From Vicugna vicugna (taxonomy: Eukaryota): DNA of 62,000 bases. Within the stretch, counting starts at the first letter, position 1, and the number at the start of each line of letters is the position of its first letter. Below, piece by piece: positions 25,338 through 37,365 of this stretch. Location: contig MU057887.1 of NCBI GenBank assembly GCA_013265495.1, positions 3,745,668 to 3,807,667 on the forward strand, in the 5' to 3' direction. The notes beneath the pieces were generated by a model. The model ran no database searches. It saw only the letters and a program-made list of their open reading frames with translations, and was not told the DNA's origin. A program made the position numbers and the translations under genes.

Positions 25338-25427
25338 CGAACCCGCAGCACAACGCAGGTAGTCCATCTCAGAAGGAAACACATTTCCCAGGTAGAGTGA
25401 AAACCCTGAGGTCACGAGCAGGCAGCT
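25338..25427 (-). CDS. MLC1: MLC1 coding exon 2, [30 protein letters not shown]
   Basis: tttcacag acceptor, TCG|gtgagt donor, 90 nt. Confidence 0.97.
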
Positions 25428-26803
25428 CTGTGAAATGGCAGCACAAATTCAGGTGATGACACAGTGGGGTGTGAAGAACAGATGGTTGAACAACTAGCCT
25501 TCTGACTATAACTTACCTGTACAACACCGGCCTCCACACCTGGATCCCACCGGACCTGACTCCTCCCTGAAGGACTGCAGTAGCCCACCCTCCCCCAGGG
25601 CCAGACGATGGGCTGCAACACTTATCTGGGGGAGGAAGACTGTCAAAATTTAAAGCAAGAAATGGTACCTCTCCCCAGAAAATGCCTTCACCCCAATGTG
25701 TACAATTTCAGGGGCCCAGGTCCAGGCACAGAGCCAAGCACACAACCCCATCCTGCTCCAGGCCCAGGGTGAGGCCGTGGGGTGGAGGTCAGCGGTAAAA
25801 GGTCACTCAGACCCAGGGTCTGGGCAGGGGGTTGTGCTCACCCCAGACAGTGGGAGCGCTGGGGCCTGAGGGCCTGGTAGGCAGAAGAGATCTGGGCACA
25901 CACCCAAATGAGGAGGGGATATGGGACCAGGTGTTGTGGCTGCAGGCCGCTGGGCCGCTGCACAGAGTCCAGGACCCCAGGAGTGAGAGGAGGCTGACCA
26001 GCCGCCCACCACCCACCGCAGGGCCTGGAGGGAGGAGCATCCTCTGCGAGCCACGTGGTGGAGGCTCCAGTCTCTGTGGGACGGGGTCACGGCTTGGGGG
26101 AATGGGAGGGCAGGACCACTGGGGGTGCTTCAGGGCTGGTCTGTGCAGCCTGAGGTGGGGGGAGGGACAAGGTCCTGGCCTGGATCCTGGATCTTGGGCG
26201 AGCCCTGTGGTCCTGGCCACAGAGAGGCAGGTCCAGCGGCCAGCCCAGGCAGCCGCGCCCACTCAGGCCAAGGTGTCTGCATGCCTATCCAAGCACGTCA
26301 GAAGGAAAATGTCCCAGGATGCTAGGCCAGGTCCCCTCAGGCCTGCCCCCCAGCTCTCTGCTGGCCCCATCCCTCTGGCCCCTTGGCCTTCTCCTGCCCC
26401 AGGGCCCTGCCCTCCTGCCTCAGAACACTGTCCCACTATTCAGTCTGCAAGAGGCCTGTCCTGAGAGCACAGCAGCCCCTCCCCATCTTTGCAGACCCCC
26501 AGGAATCGAGAGTCGTAGAGGCCACCCTGGCACAACACAGGATCCCGCAGACCGTCAGCATGGGCCTGGGCTGTTCCAGGCCCCCTGGGACACAGAGCAG
26601 CCACAGCCAGAGGCCAGCAGGGCCGGCATGATAGATGCTCATGAACTGAGGAAAAGAACTCAAAGAACTCAAGCAAGTAAGTGCACCTGTGCCCCTGAGG
26701 CTCTCCAGAAGCAGGAGTAACCCAGGCTACCTGAGAAGGACACCCAGGCAGGGGACACCCTTGGGGGATGATGCTTCCATGTTCCTAGCACAGAGCTACT
26801 CAC

Positions 26804-26983
26804 CCCCATCAGCACGGAGAAGACCCAGGTCTTGTGGCTGAAGCACAGGGGGAGCCGCGTTGCCAGCTGAAGTTCCCTGGGCCTGGCGTCTGGGGTGCAG
26901 CTCCCCACGTCTGGCCTTCCACGCTCCAGGGTGGGCGTCCGGTCATAGCCCAGCTCCTCCCTGCACTGCGCCTCCCGGGACAT
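26804..26983 (-). CDS. MLC1: MLC1 first coding exon, MSREAQCREELGYDRTPTLERGR...FSHKTWVFSVLMG
   Basis: GCC ATG at 26983, GGG|gtgagt donor, 180 nt. The 11 exons sum to 1122 nt (373 aa + stop) with no frameshift. Confidence 0.97.
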
Positions 26984-27049
26984 GGCGCTTGGGGTGCAAA
27001 CACTGACGTTAGCAGCCCCAGCTCCGCAGTACTTACATGTCCACTTAAT

Positions 27050-27579
27050 TGTTATAAAATTGTACTGGGAAGAACAGATCTGACTCCTTACTGGATCTGC
27101 TTCTTTGGCTCTAACCCTGGGCTCTGTTTCCCGTGCTGAGTCTTGCTGGTTCTGCACCTTCTGTAAAAGAATGTTGCCTACAGCCTAAAATACACAGGCG
27201 AGCCCATTCTCAAGGCTCTGACCTTTAAGGGTGTAACGCTTTCCCATTCATACAGAGATTTTAAAAGGTTGAATAGAAAATAACATTTGTGCTATTGGAG
27301 GGTTACAGGACACTGTGACCTGACCTAGGTGGACGGCTGCAAGAACAAAAGATTCAGGCACCAAGAAGTTTGCAACAACCAAGCACACCCCCACCCCCTG
27401 TTTAGTATAAAAGGAGCCTGAATTCTGACTTGGGGAAGATGGTTCTCCAGGACCTGAGTACCCCATCCTTTCCATCTGCCAGCTTTCCAGATAAAGTCAT
27501 TATTCCTTGCCCCAACACCTGGTCTCCTGATTCACTGGCCTGTCATGCAGTGAGCAGAACAAGTTTGGACTTGATGACA
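27050..27579 (+). mobile_element. Solo ERV1-type LTR
   Basis: TGT...ACA termini (tgttataaaattgtactgggaagaac ... gagcagaacaagtttggacttgatgaca), TATAAAA at 27406-27412, degenerate poly(A) signal GATAAA at 27490-27495, flanks taat/aaat as a 4-bp TSD with one mismatch. Confidence 0.8.
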
Positions 27580-27974
27580 AAATGACAAATTTTACTTCTG
27601 ATCACTCTGAAAAAATCTCCCAAATAAGTTGTTTTCAATAAATACTTGTTTTTAAGGTGCTTTCAATAAAAGAAATATCATTTATATTGAAGTACTGTGA
27701 ATCTGCAGAAGAAAATAAGCACTTGATTCCACAAGTGAATAAAATCACTTTTCCAGGAAAACAAACTGGAACAATCTGGATTCAGGGCAGGATTTTAGGC
27801 TTTAAAAGTGCCTCACTGGTCCAGTCCCCTGTACATTTCAACTTTCACTTCCCTTAGCTGCTTTAATTACGAGTCCCGTGATGTGCTGTTTACTCCAAGC
27901 ATGTTAAATCTCTCAGGGTGGTAAGAAGAGATCGCAGACATGCACCACATAAGGGTCCACATCTGTACACTTAC

Positions 27975-28230
27975 CTCTGCGGTGGTTCAGGCATTAGGAG
28001 CGCTGGTCTCTGGGTGAGGGTTCCCCTTACCAAGTCATCCTGCCTTGGGCTTCCAGCAAGAACTATTCACAGACAAACAAAAGCCCAGCAGAACTGCACT
28101 TAAGCCAGAGGAGGAGCACCGCTCCCTGAATTTCAATGAGGAGCTGAAGCGAGGGGTCCTGGAAAGTTCTTCAGTGGTTGTGTAACTGCTGGCTCTGAGC
28201 TCTGCTCCATCCAGTGTTAACTCCACGAGG
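27975..28230 (-). other. MLC1: Probable MLC1 non-coding first exon (5' boundary unknown)
   Basis: Strong donor GAG|gtaagt at 27974 and an alternative TTG|gtaagg at 28030, about 1 kb upstream of the ATG in non-repetitive sequence. Confidence 0.5.
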
Positions 28231-29214
28231 AGCAGAGGGACATCCCTGGGTCCACTTGTGGCAAATAGGTTGCAGGTGCCGAGGTAGGCAGCCCAGAAGA
28301 AAAGTGTACCTAAGAGTAGAATTCTACCAAGCACAGGATCCTGGCAGGCCAGAGGGCCAGGTGCTTAACTGTTTCAGAAACAAGTACATTTTTATCCAAA
28401 GCCGTCTTACACATCCTTTCAGGCAGCCATTTCCCAGCCCCCGTGGTCCTGTGAGGAGGACCTCCTGCACAAGGTGACACACACATTTGTGCTCAACTTG
28501 GCCAGCCTGGCCCTCCAGCTGCTTGGAATTCTGAACCCCAGCCCCGTGGGCAGCTCCAGGTCCTGCTGTGCCCTTTACTCCCGCTCACCAAGCAGAGAGA
28601 AGGGCAGGCACGTACTTCGCCCAGAGACGCTGGCGCCCCACAGTTACAGCGACAGGCTTTGTGCTCAGGGAAACCGTAACGTGGCTCAAACCAGAGCATT
28701 CTAAAAAACCGGCTCCTCAAACCACAAGCCCACACAGAGCCTGAGCAAAGGCTTGGGTTTTAAATCATGGGAAACTCTGTCATCTTGGTTTTTCAACCAA
28801 ACAAGAAGGATTAGAATTACTTTTCACAAACTTTGAAGTTAAGAACAAATTTTGAACAGATTGGAAAACCTCGCAAACTTCTTGACTATCTTTTAAAGCA
28901 ATAAATGGAACCAGCAGGAATTGTGTGACCAACTGAACCCTTTGCTTCTCTTTTTGTTTGAAGAAAAGTGTTTAGCAGATTTCATCATTTCTGTGCCTTT
29001 CCAAAGTTTTCTCTACTAAGAAACACCAAAAAGCTGCCTTGAACCAGAGACTGTGAGACAAATGCGTCAAGTCCCCACAGTCACGAAGCAACCCGGAGAG
29101 GAACTTCCTTGTTTCTGCTGGCAATGCCACTTCCTAGAGCGAGCCCCGTTCTCACAGACACGCCTGTCCTCCCCCTTCTGCCTGCTGAGGTCCTGCTCAT
29201 GTTTCAACGTTTAC

Positions 29215-30010
29215 ACCGTCATTCAGTGAATATTTTCAGAGTGAACAGAGCAGGCCTCAGTCCTGCCCTCGCAGGTCCACGTTCTAATGAGGGGACAGGC
29301 GCACACAAGGTAAATAAATGGGTGTGTTCTATGGTGGTGCACTTGACTTTCTCTGTGATGGTAGATAAGCTGGGGGAGGGTATCGGGGTGCTGTTTGGGG
29401 CAGTCAGAGCTGGCCTCACCTTCACCAGGAAGGAGGCAAGGAGGGGAGGGGACCAGAGAGCTGGAGCAGTAGGTGCAAAGGCCCTGAGGTGGCAAGACTG
29501 GAGGGTGGTAGACACAGGGATCATGTGTGGTAACATGTAGGTGAGGCATCCAGGTCCAAGGCACCTGCGGATTTGGAGACAACCTTGGCTTTGACACTGA
29601 GATGGACCTGCTGGAAAGTTCTGGGCAGAGAAGCATCCAGCCACTGGGTGGAGAACAGGATGTGGGGCAGCTGGTGAGAGCTGGTGCTGGCCGGGATAGA
29701 GGTAGAGCAGTGGAAATGGTGACAAGTGACCAGATTCTGGGCAGATTTTGAAAATCCAACCTGATCTGTAACGTGAGTGGTGTGAGGCGAGAGGAGCAGG
29801 AGTTCATGACACCAAAAGTTTCTCAGTCTGAGCGGTGCAGGTGGAGCTACCTCACCTGGGATAGAGAAAACCGGGGTCAGTAGTTTCATTTTGATGAGGC
29901 TAAGGAGTTTGTTGGATGTCCAGGTGGATCTGCTGATAAGTTGAGTTGAAGAGTCCAGAATCCAGGGGAGAGGTTCGGGCTGGCAGATGTGAGGGGCAGC
30001 CCTGTGAAGT
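29215..30010 (-). mobile_element. L2 element fragment
   Basis: cattcagtgaatatttt L2 tail in reverse, plus typical words (gcagtggaaatggtgacaagtgaccagattctgggcagattttgaa, ggagaggttcgggctggcagat). Confidence 0.7.
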
Positions 30011-30074
30011 GGAAACTCCCAGCGCACATCACCCTTGCTCTGGTTGCACATTCTTGTTCTAAGGATGTCTCTCC

Positions 30075-31290
30075 CCGTGTAACAGAAAAATCTGGAAAAT
30101 CCCCCAAATATTTAGAAATTAAACAATATACTGCTAAAATAGGCCCTTGGGTCAGAGAAGAAGTCACAAAGGAAATTTGAAATTGAATGAAAATACAATA
30201 CGTCTAATTCTGTGTGATACAGCTGAATCAGAGCTTAGAGAAATGAGTAGTTTTAAATGCTTATATTAAAAATGAAGAAAGGGGAGGAGGGTATGGCTCA
30301 GCAGTAGAGTGCATGCTTAGTAGGCACAAGGTCCTAGGTTCAATCCCCAGCACTTCTATTATAAATAAATGAATACACAAATAAACCTAATTTCCTCCCC
30401 CCTTAGAAAACAAAATATTAAAAAATAAAATTCTAAAATTCATTATCTAATCTTCACCTTAAAAAGTGAGAAAAGGATAAATCAAACTAAAAAAGAGGAG
30501 GAAGAGGAAGAAGAAGACAGGAAATAGTAGAGAAAAATCAATGAGACCAAAAGGGTTTTTTTTAAAGATAAATAAAATTGACAAACGTGTGGCTAGACTG
30601 ATGAAGGCAAACAAGAGGAAATATATAAACTACTAACATCAGGAATGAAAGACAGTTCATCACTATGAATCATACAGACATTAAAAGGATGTAAGGAAAG
30701 ATGAACAGATTTATGACAATAATTTGACACCTGGATGAAGGGAAAAATCTCTTAAAAGATGAAATTACCAAAGCTTACATAATATTGCTCAATATTGGCA
30801 ACTTATTAAAGCCCTTTATCTAATGCAAAAGTTGAATTTGTTTAAGTAGATATACAACGTATATTTGATAGGCCACAAGACAGGCTGTTCTCATTAGCAT
30901 AAAGTTCAAGCCAAATCATGTATAAGCCAGAAGCACTCTCCCATATACCAACGTGTGAAAATTTCTCCACCGCTCCGAGTAAAGATGCCACCCTTGACGA
31001 AACATTACTAAGCTGAATCAGTAAGCAAAAAGGATGAAAACCATGACCAAGGAAAGCATTTGACAGTGTATTTCACTCTTATTAACAGGCTAAAATAGAA
31101 AAGCCCATTTCAACAGATGAAGAAAATGCATTTGAGAAAATTCTACACCCAAGCATGATAAGAACGCTCAGAAAACTAGCAGACGGAGCACCCTCAACTT
31201 AATAAAGAACATCTGCCAAAGCCACACCTAACCACACAGGGGTAGGTGAAAGGCTCTGCCCTTTTCCCTCGTGGGAAGGAGGCAAGGATG
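30075..31290 (+). mobile_element. Old L1 ORF2 fragment running up to the MOV10L1 promoter
   Basis: KSPKYLEIKQYTAKIGPWVREEVTKEI and later L1 landmarks (gatgaagaaaatgcatttgagaaaattc, ggcaaggatg). Confidence 0.8.
30281..30430 (+). mobile_element. tRNA-derived SINE (camelid Vic-1-like) inserted in the L1
   Basis: A-box tggctcagcagtagag, B-box ggttcaatccc, then aataaacctaatttcctcccc and an A-rich tail. Confidence 0.8.
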
Positions 31291-31299
31291 CAAAGCACT

Positions 31300-32000
31300 T
31301 TACGAAGCCCCGCCCACCTGCTCGAGGCCCCGCCCACCAGCGGCGCCCCTCACACCGGGCATGACGTCACTCCCACACTGCACCTCTCCTCGCTTGCTGG
31401 CGCACTAACAGTCGCCAACGGCCAACCACCGTCGGCTAACAGTCTTGGCGAGCGCGACGACGCCATTGGCCAAGCTCGCCGGGGAGCAGGCGCAGGCGCG
31501 GGCGCAGCAACCCCATTGGCCGAGGGCGGCGGGAGCGGCCTGCCGCGTGCGGGCGCCTCTGCGGGGCGCGGAGGGCGCGGTGGTGAAGCGGAGGCGGCGG
31601 CGGGGCCATGTTGCATCTCGCGGCCAAGCTGGTGGCCTTCTTCTGGAGGAGGGCGGACCGTCCCGGGAACGCGGCGGGGCCGCCGGGGCCCGAGCTCGCG
31701 GAAGGTGCCTTGCGGGGTGGGCGGGGCCGCGCGCGGCCGCCCCCGAGGCCGCCCTGCCAGGAGGGAGACTTGGCGGCTGAGCGGGCCCGTTCCTCCGGAC
31801 CTAGTGGCAGCGGCCGCGGCCCCGAGGCCGGGTCACTGCGCCCGAGGGGCGGGAGAGGCGGGCCGAGCGGTCCTGACGAGACGGCGTTGGGAAAAGGCCG
31901 GCGTCGCCTTCTGCTTGTTCCGCGCGGAGCCTGGCGCCTGTCTTTTCCCCGGTCGTCCCTTCTTCCCGGCACAACTTAAGCAGGCCTTCTAACGGGTCCG
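31300..32000 (+). promoter_or_regulatory. MOV10L1: MOV10L1 CpG-island promoter
   Basis: GCCCCGCCCAC at 31307 and 31327, palindromic CRE TGACGTCA at 31362-31369, YAACNG MYB-type sites at 31406, 31416 and 31437, ATTGG (CCAAT) at 31465 and 31515. Confidence 0.85.
31608..31704 (+). CDS. MOV10L1: MOV10L1 exon 1, MLHLAAKLVAFFWRRADRPGNAAGPPGPELAE(G)
   Basis: GCCATG start, matches the recalled MLSLAAKLVAFFWR N-terminus, donor G|gtgcct, 97 nt. Confidence 0.95.
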
Positions 32001-32799
32001 TAGCACCCTGCATGATTTTGCACATTCGTCTTTTGGGGGGCCAGTGCCACGTTGGGCCCTTCCTTCTTGTTTTCGCTCTGTGTCTGTGTGTACCGGGAGC
32101 AGCCCGGCGGGACGTCCCTCTGCGTCTTCCCGTGTCATGTGTCGTCAGTATTGCCTGCTGCTTTGCACTTAGAAAGCTCGGGAAAATATAAGCCCCGCTG
32201 TCTTAAACTGTCCTAGACTCTCCTGGAATCAGGCTTCTCTTTTCTTGAAATTGTTTTTGAAGCCATCTTCCTGGAGTCCAGGCCGTACTTCTGACTCTGG
32301 CAGTGCCCATCCCTGGCACCCACAATTACACTATTACCCAGCGTCGTTAAAGCCTCTTTAGGAAGCTAACTTTACAATCTGGAGAGAGTCGCCTCATACA
32401 TCCAGGTCTTGTCTGTAAAACATGGCCTTTCAACAGCAGTTGGAGTTCCAGCCTGGCCTTCAGCTGGCTTTCGTGGCTGGGCGATGACCTGCCACCTCAG
32501 GCTTCTTCTGTGTCTGAGGTTGCAGACAAGGTGTAGGGAGGACTCACAGTGGGGGTTCCAGCCAGAGGCGCTGAATGGGTGAGGCAGGCCCTGCTCCACG
32601 CTGGGCTTGCTCCGCAGGCCCAGAGTCTTCCACGCCTCATTGGTGGAATAATGCAGGCTCTCCTGACACCGCTGCTGCTGTTGGTGGTTTTATTACAACG
32701 GTGTGCAGTAGCCACGCCCCGGCTGCTGACAGAGTGTGACACTGGTGCGTGGCTCCCTAACCTGTGCTGCTTCTGCCGTGTGACCCTGTCTTGGGCAGA

Positions 32800-32910
32800 G
32801 ACGGTAACTGCCTCCGTTTCACAGATGAGCACAGGCAAGGAGTGGTTGAAGACACGCTGCGCCAATGGCCGTGGGAGAGCTGGCATTCAAACCTAGGAAC
32901 CCGGGCCAGC
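32800..32910 (-). mobile_element. MIR fragment
   Basis: ccgtttcacagatgag...gagctggcattcaaacctagg is the MIR core in reverse. Confidence 0.55.
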
Positions 32911-33110
32911 TGGCTCTAGGCTCACAGCCCTCCCCGCCGAGCCCACTGCCTGGGGCCCCGGAGGAACCTGCCCCCTGAGCCCTGCTTCCTGACAACTCCG
33001 CTCTCCAGGGCGGATGCTCCAGCCCATAGGCTCCTAGCCCTGCACGTGCTGTCCTCCACTTTCTCTGAGGGGCTCTGCTGTAGTGTGTGCTTGCTTTGTG
33101 GTCAACATAA

Positions 33111-33380
<270 letters not shown>

Positions 33381-36300
33381 TGAGTTATCCTCTCAGAGGC
33401 AACCTCTGGTTTCATGCCACGGAGAAAAACTGTTACCATTTCTATATCTGTCCTTCTAGTCTTTTAAACAATTATTATTAAAAATGGTAATTATTGGACC
33501 CTTTGTCATCCAGTTAGCAAACATAATTAGTGGGCTCTATTGTTCAGCAGCTTTTTCATTAAGAAAATAGTGTTTTATACTCTAATTTCTTGGAAGTAGA
33601 ACTGTTAGTCAAAAGGTATGCACACTTGACATTTCAATGATTATCAACAAATTATCTTTCTATAACATCGTAATAATTATACTTTCAGGAGCAGGAGGAG
33701 AGACTGCCTATCACCCAGTGTTGGCAAGGATGCAGATATTATCGATCTTTGAAATCTTTGCCAATCTAATACGTGAAAAATGATCTTATAATTTTAATTT
33801 GCATGTAAGCTTTAAAGTAGATTAAGTTTTCACATTTTTTCTGTGCGTTATTTTCATGTCCTTTATGCATTCTTTTCATTGGAGTCAGTTTTCTTTAAAT
33901 TAAACTTTGTATATTATGGAAGTTAGAGCTTTTTATGGAAAATTATATGAAACTATTGCAGATACTTCCCCCAAGACCATCTTTTGACTTTGTTTCGTCG
34001 TTTTATTTCACATAGTTAAACGTGTCTGTCTCTTCCACGTGGCTTTTTGGGCCTTATGAGAATCCTTAGGGAGGCTTACACCGCTTCTCATTACAGACAT
34101 GCATCCAGGTTTTCCTCTGAAAATTGCTTACTGACATTTAAGTATGTAAGCTACCTGGGTTTATTGGCTGTACAGATGGAAAGAAGGAACCAGATATTTC
34201 TTTCTGAGTAGTCTGCTTTTTTCCTAATAAGTAGAAAGATTTGATTCTCATACAGCAGAATCCCACATGCCCAGGACCCTGCCTGGACCCTGTTGATTCT
34301 TATGCCTGCACCCGGCCCCCAGGGGCACGGTTGTGTCCACAGGCAGCGCTGGTTTCCCTCTTACTGTTCTTTGTGGATGAGGTTCTCTGGCCTCTCCACT
34401 CACTCTGGGTAAGGTTAGAGTCATTCTGCTGTGTCTTCTCCTGGCCTCACACCCTACTGGCCAGCACTGAGTTTGCGGATCCATTTAGGCAGGTGACATG
34501 TGGATCACATTCAGTCTTCAGCTGCAAACTGGCCACTTACATAAGCCTTCCTTCAGGTTCTTTTGTAGGTCAGTAGTTTTCACTTAGGTTCTGCAAATTC
34601 TTTTTTAAGTTTATTTTCAAGAATTTTAACATTTTTGTTCCATTATCAATATAATTTGCTTTGTATGTCCTTTTTTAAAAATTGAAGTATAGTAGTTTAC
34701 AATGTTGCATCAATTTCTGGTGTACAGCATAATGTTTCAGTTATATATATATGCAAGTATTCCTATTCATGTTCTTTTTTATTATAGGTTACTGCAAGAT
34801 ACTGAGTACAGTTCCCTGATAGTTGTGGAATCAGCTCATTTGCCCACCTCTGGATTTATTTGCTTATTTTTTATTTAGCTTTTTTGTTCTTGTAAAATAT
34901 AATATAACAATATAAAATTTACCACTTGAACCATTTTTAATTTTTACTGCCGTCCGGTGGCATTAAGTGTGTTCATGTTGTTGTACACCCACACCACTGT
35001 CTATTTTCACAACTTTTTCATCATCTCAAAGACAAACTCTGTATTCATCAAATAGTAATTCACAGTTCAACTTTCTGTCTCTATAAATTTGACTGTTCTC
35101 AATTCCTCATGTAAGTGGAGTCATACAGTATTGGTCCTTTTATGTCTGTCTTATGGACTTACCGTAATATCTTCAAGGCTTATCCACGTAACGTGTATCA
35201 GAACTTCATTCTGTTTATGGCTAGATAATATTCCATTGTATGTATAGACTGCATTTGATTTCTCCACTTATCTGTTGATGGACACTTGGGTTGTTTCTGC
35301 CTTTCAGCTGTTGTGGGTAATGCTGCTGTGAGCACGTACCTTTTTGGGTCCTGGTTTTCAGTTCTTTTGGGTCTGTACCTTGGAGTGGAATTGTGGGGCT
35401 AAATATATTTATATAAATTTATATAGAGATATATAGCCCTATATTTAACTTTCTGAGGAACTGCCAGATTTTCCCCAGTGGTTGTACCATTTTACATTCC
35501 CACCAGCAGCTCAAGGCTTCCAGTTTCTCCACATCTCAGCAATGCGAGTTATTTTGCATTTTTTGACAGTAGCCACCCTAGTGGATGTGAGGTGGTGTCT
35601 TACTGTGCTTTGATTTGCATTTCCCTCAGGATTAGTGGTGTTGAGCATCTTATCATGTGCTTGTTGGTCACTTACCTGTCTTCTTTGGAGAAATGTCTAT
35701 TCAGTTCCTTTGCCTACATTTTTTTATTGAAGTATGGTGGATTTACAGTGGTGTGTTAGTTTCTGGTATGCAACATAGTGATTCAGTTACAGATATAAAT
35801 TCTTTTCCATATTCGTTTTCATTATAGCTTATTACAAGCTATTGAAAACAGTTCCCTTCGCTTATATTTTGATCAGGCTGTTTATTTTCTCGTTGAGTTG
35901 TAGAAGTTTGTTATATGTTCTGGATATTAATCCCTTACCAGACACGTGATTCACAAATATTTCCTCGCATGCTCTGGTTTGTCTTTTCACTTCTTGATAG
36001 TATCCTTCGATGCACAGAAGTTTTAAACTTTGAAGTCCAGTTTGTCTTTTTTAAGCCTGTGCCTTTGATGTCACACTTTAGAAAATCGTTGACTAATCCA
36101 AGATTGTGAAGATTTTCACCTGTGCTTTCTTCTAATAATTTTATAGTTTTAGCTCTTAAATTTAAGTCTTTGACCCATTTTGAGTTAATTTTTGAATATG
36201 GTATTGGCTGAGGGTTTGACTTCATTCTTTTGCATATTGAGATCCACTTTTCCTAGAACCATGTTTTGAGAAGACTGTACAACAGGGAAAAAAAACCTTT

Positions 36301-36465
36301 TCCCCATTGAATGGTCTTGGCACCTATGTTGAAAATCATTTGACTATATATGTGAAGGTTTATTTCTGGTTTCTTTATTCTGTTTCATTGGCATTTTGTC
36401 TGTCTTTACACTCTTTTGATTACTACAGCTTTGTAGTAAGTTCTAAATCAAAAAGTGTGAGTCCT

Positions 36466-37365
36466 AAGTAACAAATGTTGGTGAGGGTGTGGAGAAAAGG
36501 GAGCCCTCGTGCGCTGTGAGTGGGAATATAAACTGGTGCAGCCACTGTGGAAAACGGTGTGGAGGTTTCTCAGAAACCTAAAAATAGAGCTACCATATGA
36601 CCCAGCAACTCCACTCCTGGGTATATATCTGAAAAAAACAAAACCACTAATTCAAAAAGATACACACACACAACATTCATAACAGCATTATTTACAGTCT
36701 CTAAGATACAGAAGCAGCCTAAGTGTTCATCAGCAGATGAATGGAAAAGAAAATGTGGCATATATTTACAATGGAATACTTCTCAGCCATAAAAAGAATG
36801 AAATTTTGCCATTTGCAGCCACTTGGATGGACTTGGAAGGCATTATGCTAAGTGAAAGAAGTCAGACAGAGAGACTGTGTATAATGTCACTTACATGCGG
36901 ATTCTTAAAAAGTACAACACACTAGGGAATATAAAAAAAGAAGTAGACTTATGGAGAACAAACTAGTGGTTACCAGTGAGGAGAGGGAAGGGGTGAGGGG
37001 GAACATGGGTAGGGGATTAAGAGGTATAAACTATTAGGTATAAAATAAGCTACAAGGATATATTGTGTAACATGGGGAATAGAGCCAGTATTTTATAATA
37101 ACCGTAAATGGAGTATAACCATTAAAAAGTGTGAATCACTGTATTTTACACTTACAATTTATATAATGTTATACGTAAACTATACATCAATTTGAAAAAG
37201 AATGATGGTGAATTCATAGGCATTTTTTATATGTTGACTTTGTTTCCTGCAAACTTGCTAAATGCACTTATTAATTCTGGTAGCTTTTATTATAAATTCT
37301 GTAGCATTTTCTACATAGAAAATTGTCTTGTCTGCAAATAAATCTAGGTGTGCTTCCCCCCTCAA
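36466..37365 (+). mobile_element. 5'-truncated L1 inserted in an older antisense L1, with an extra ~165-nt 3' segment
   Basis: ORF2 end (KKNEILPFAATWMDLEGIMLSE) and 3' UTR; TSD aaaaa(g/a)tgtgagtcct at 36450-36465 and 37366-37381. Confidence 0.85.

Noticed and set aside
30281..30360. tRNA-like A and B boxes
   Set aside because: Followed by a SINE body and A-rich tail, so a SINE and not a tRNA gene.
31246..31992. 248-aa ORF and antisense ORFs over the MOV10L1 promoter
   Set aside because: CpG-island artefacts; the real frame starts at 31608 and splices at 31704.
36578..36587. Perfect MEF2-type site CTAAAAATAG, considered because a MEF2-driven cardiac Mov10l1 isoform is known in mouse
   Set aside because: It lies in L1 ORF2 sequence where this word is common, far from the exons such an isoform would use. 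No convincing MEF2 site was seen after exon 15.
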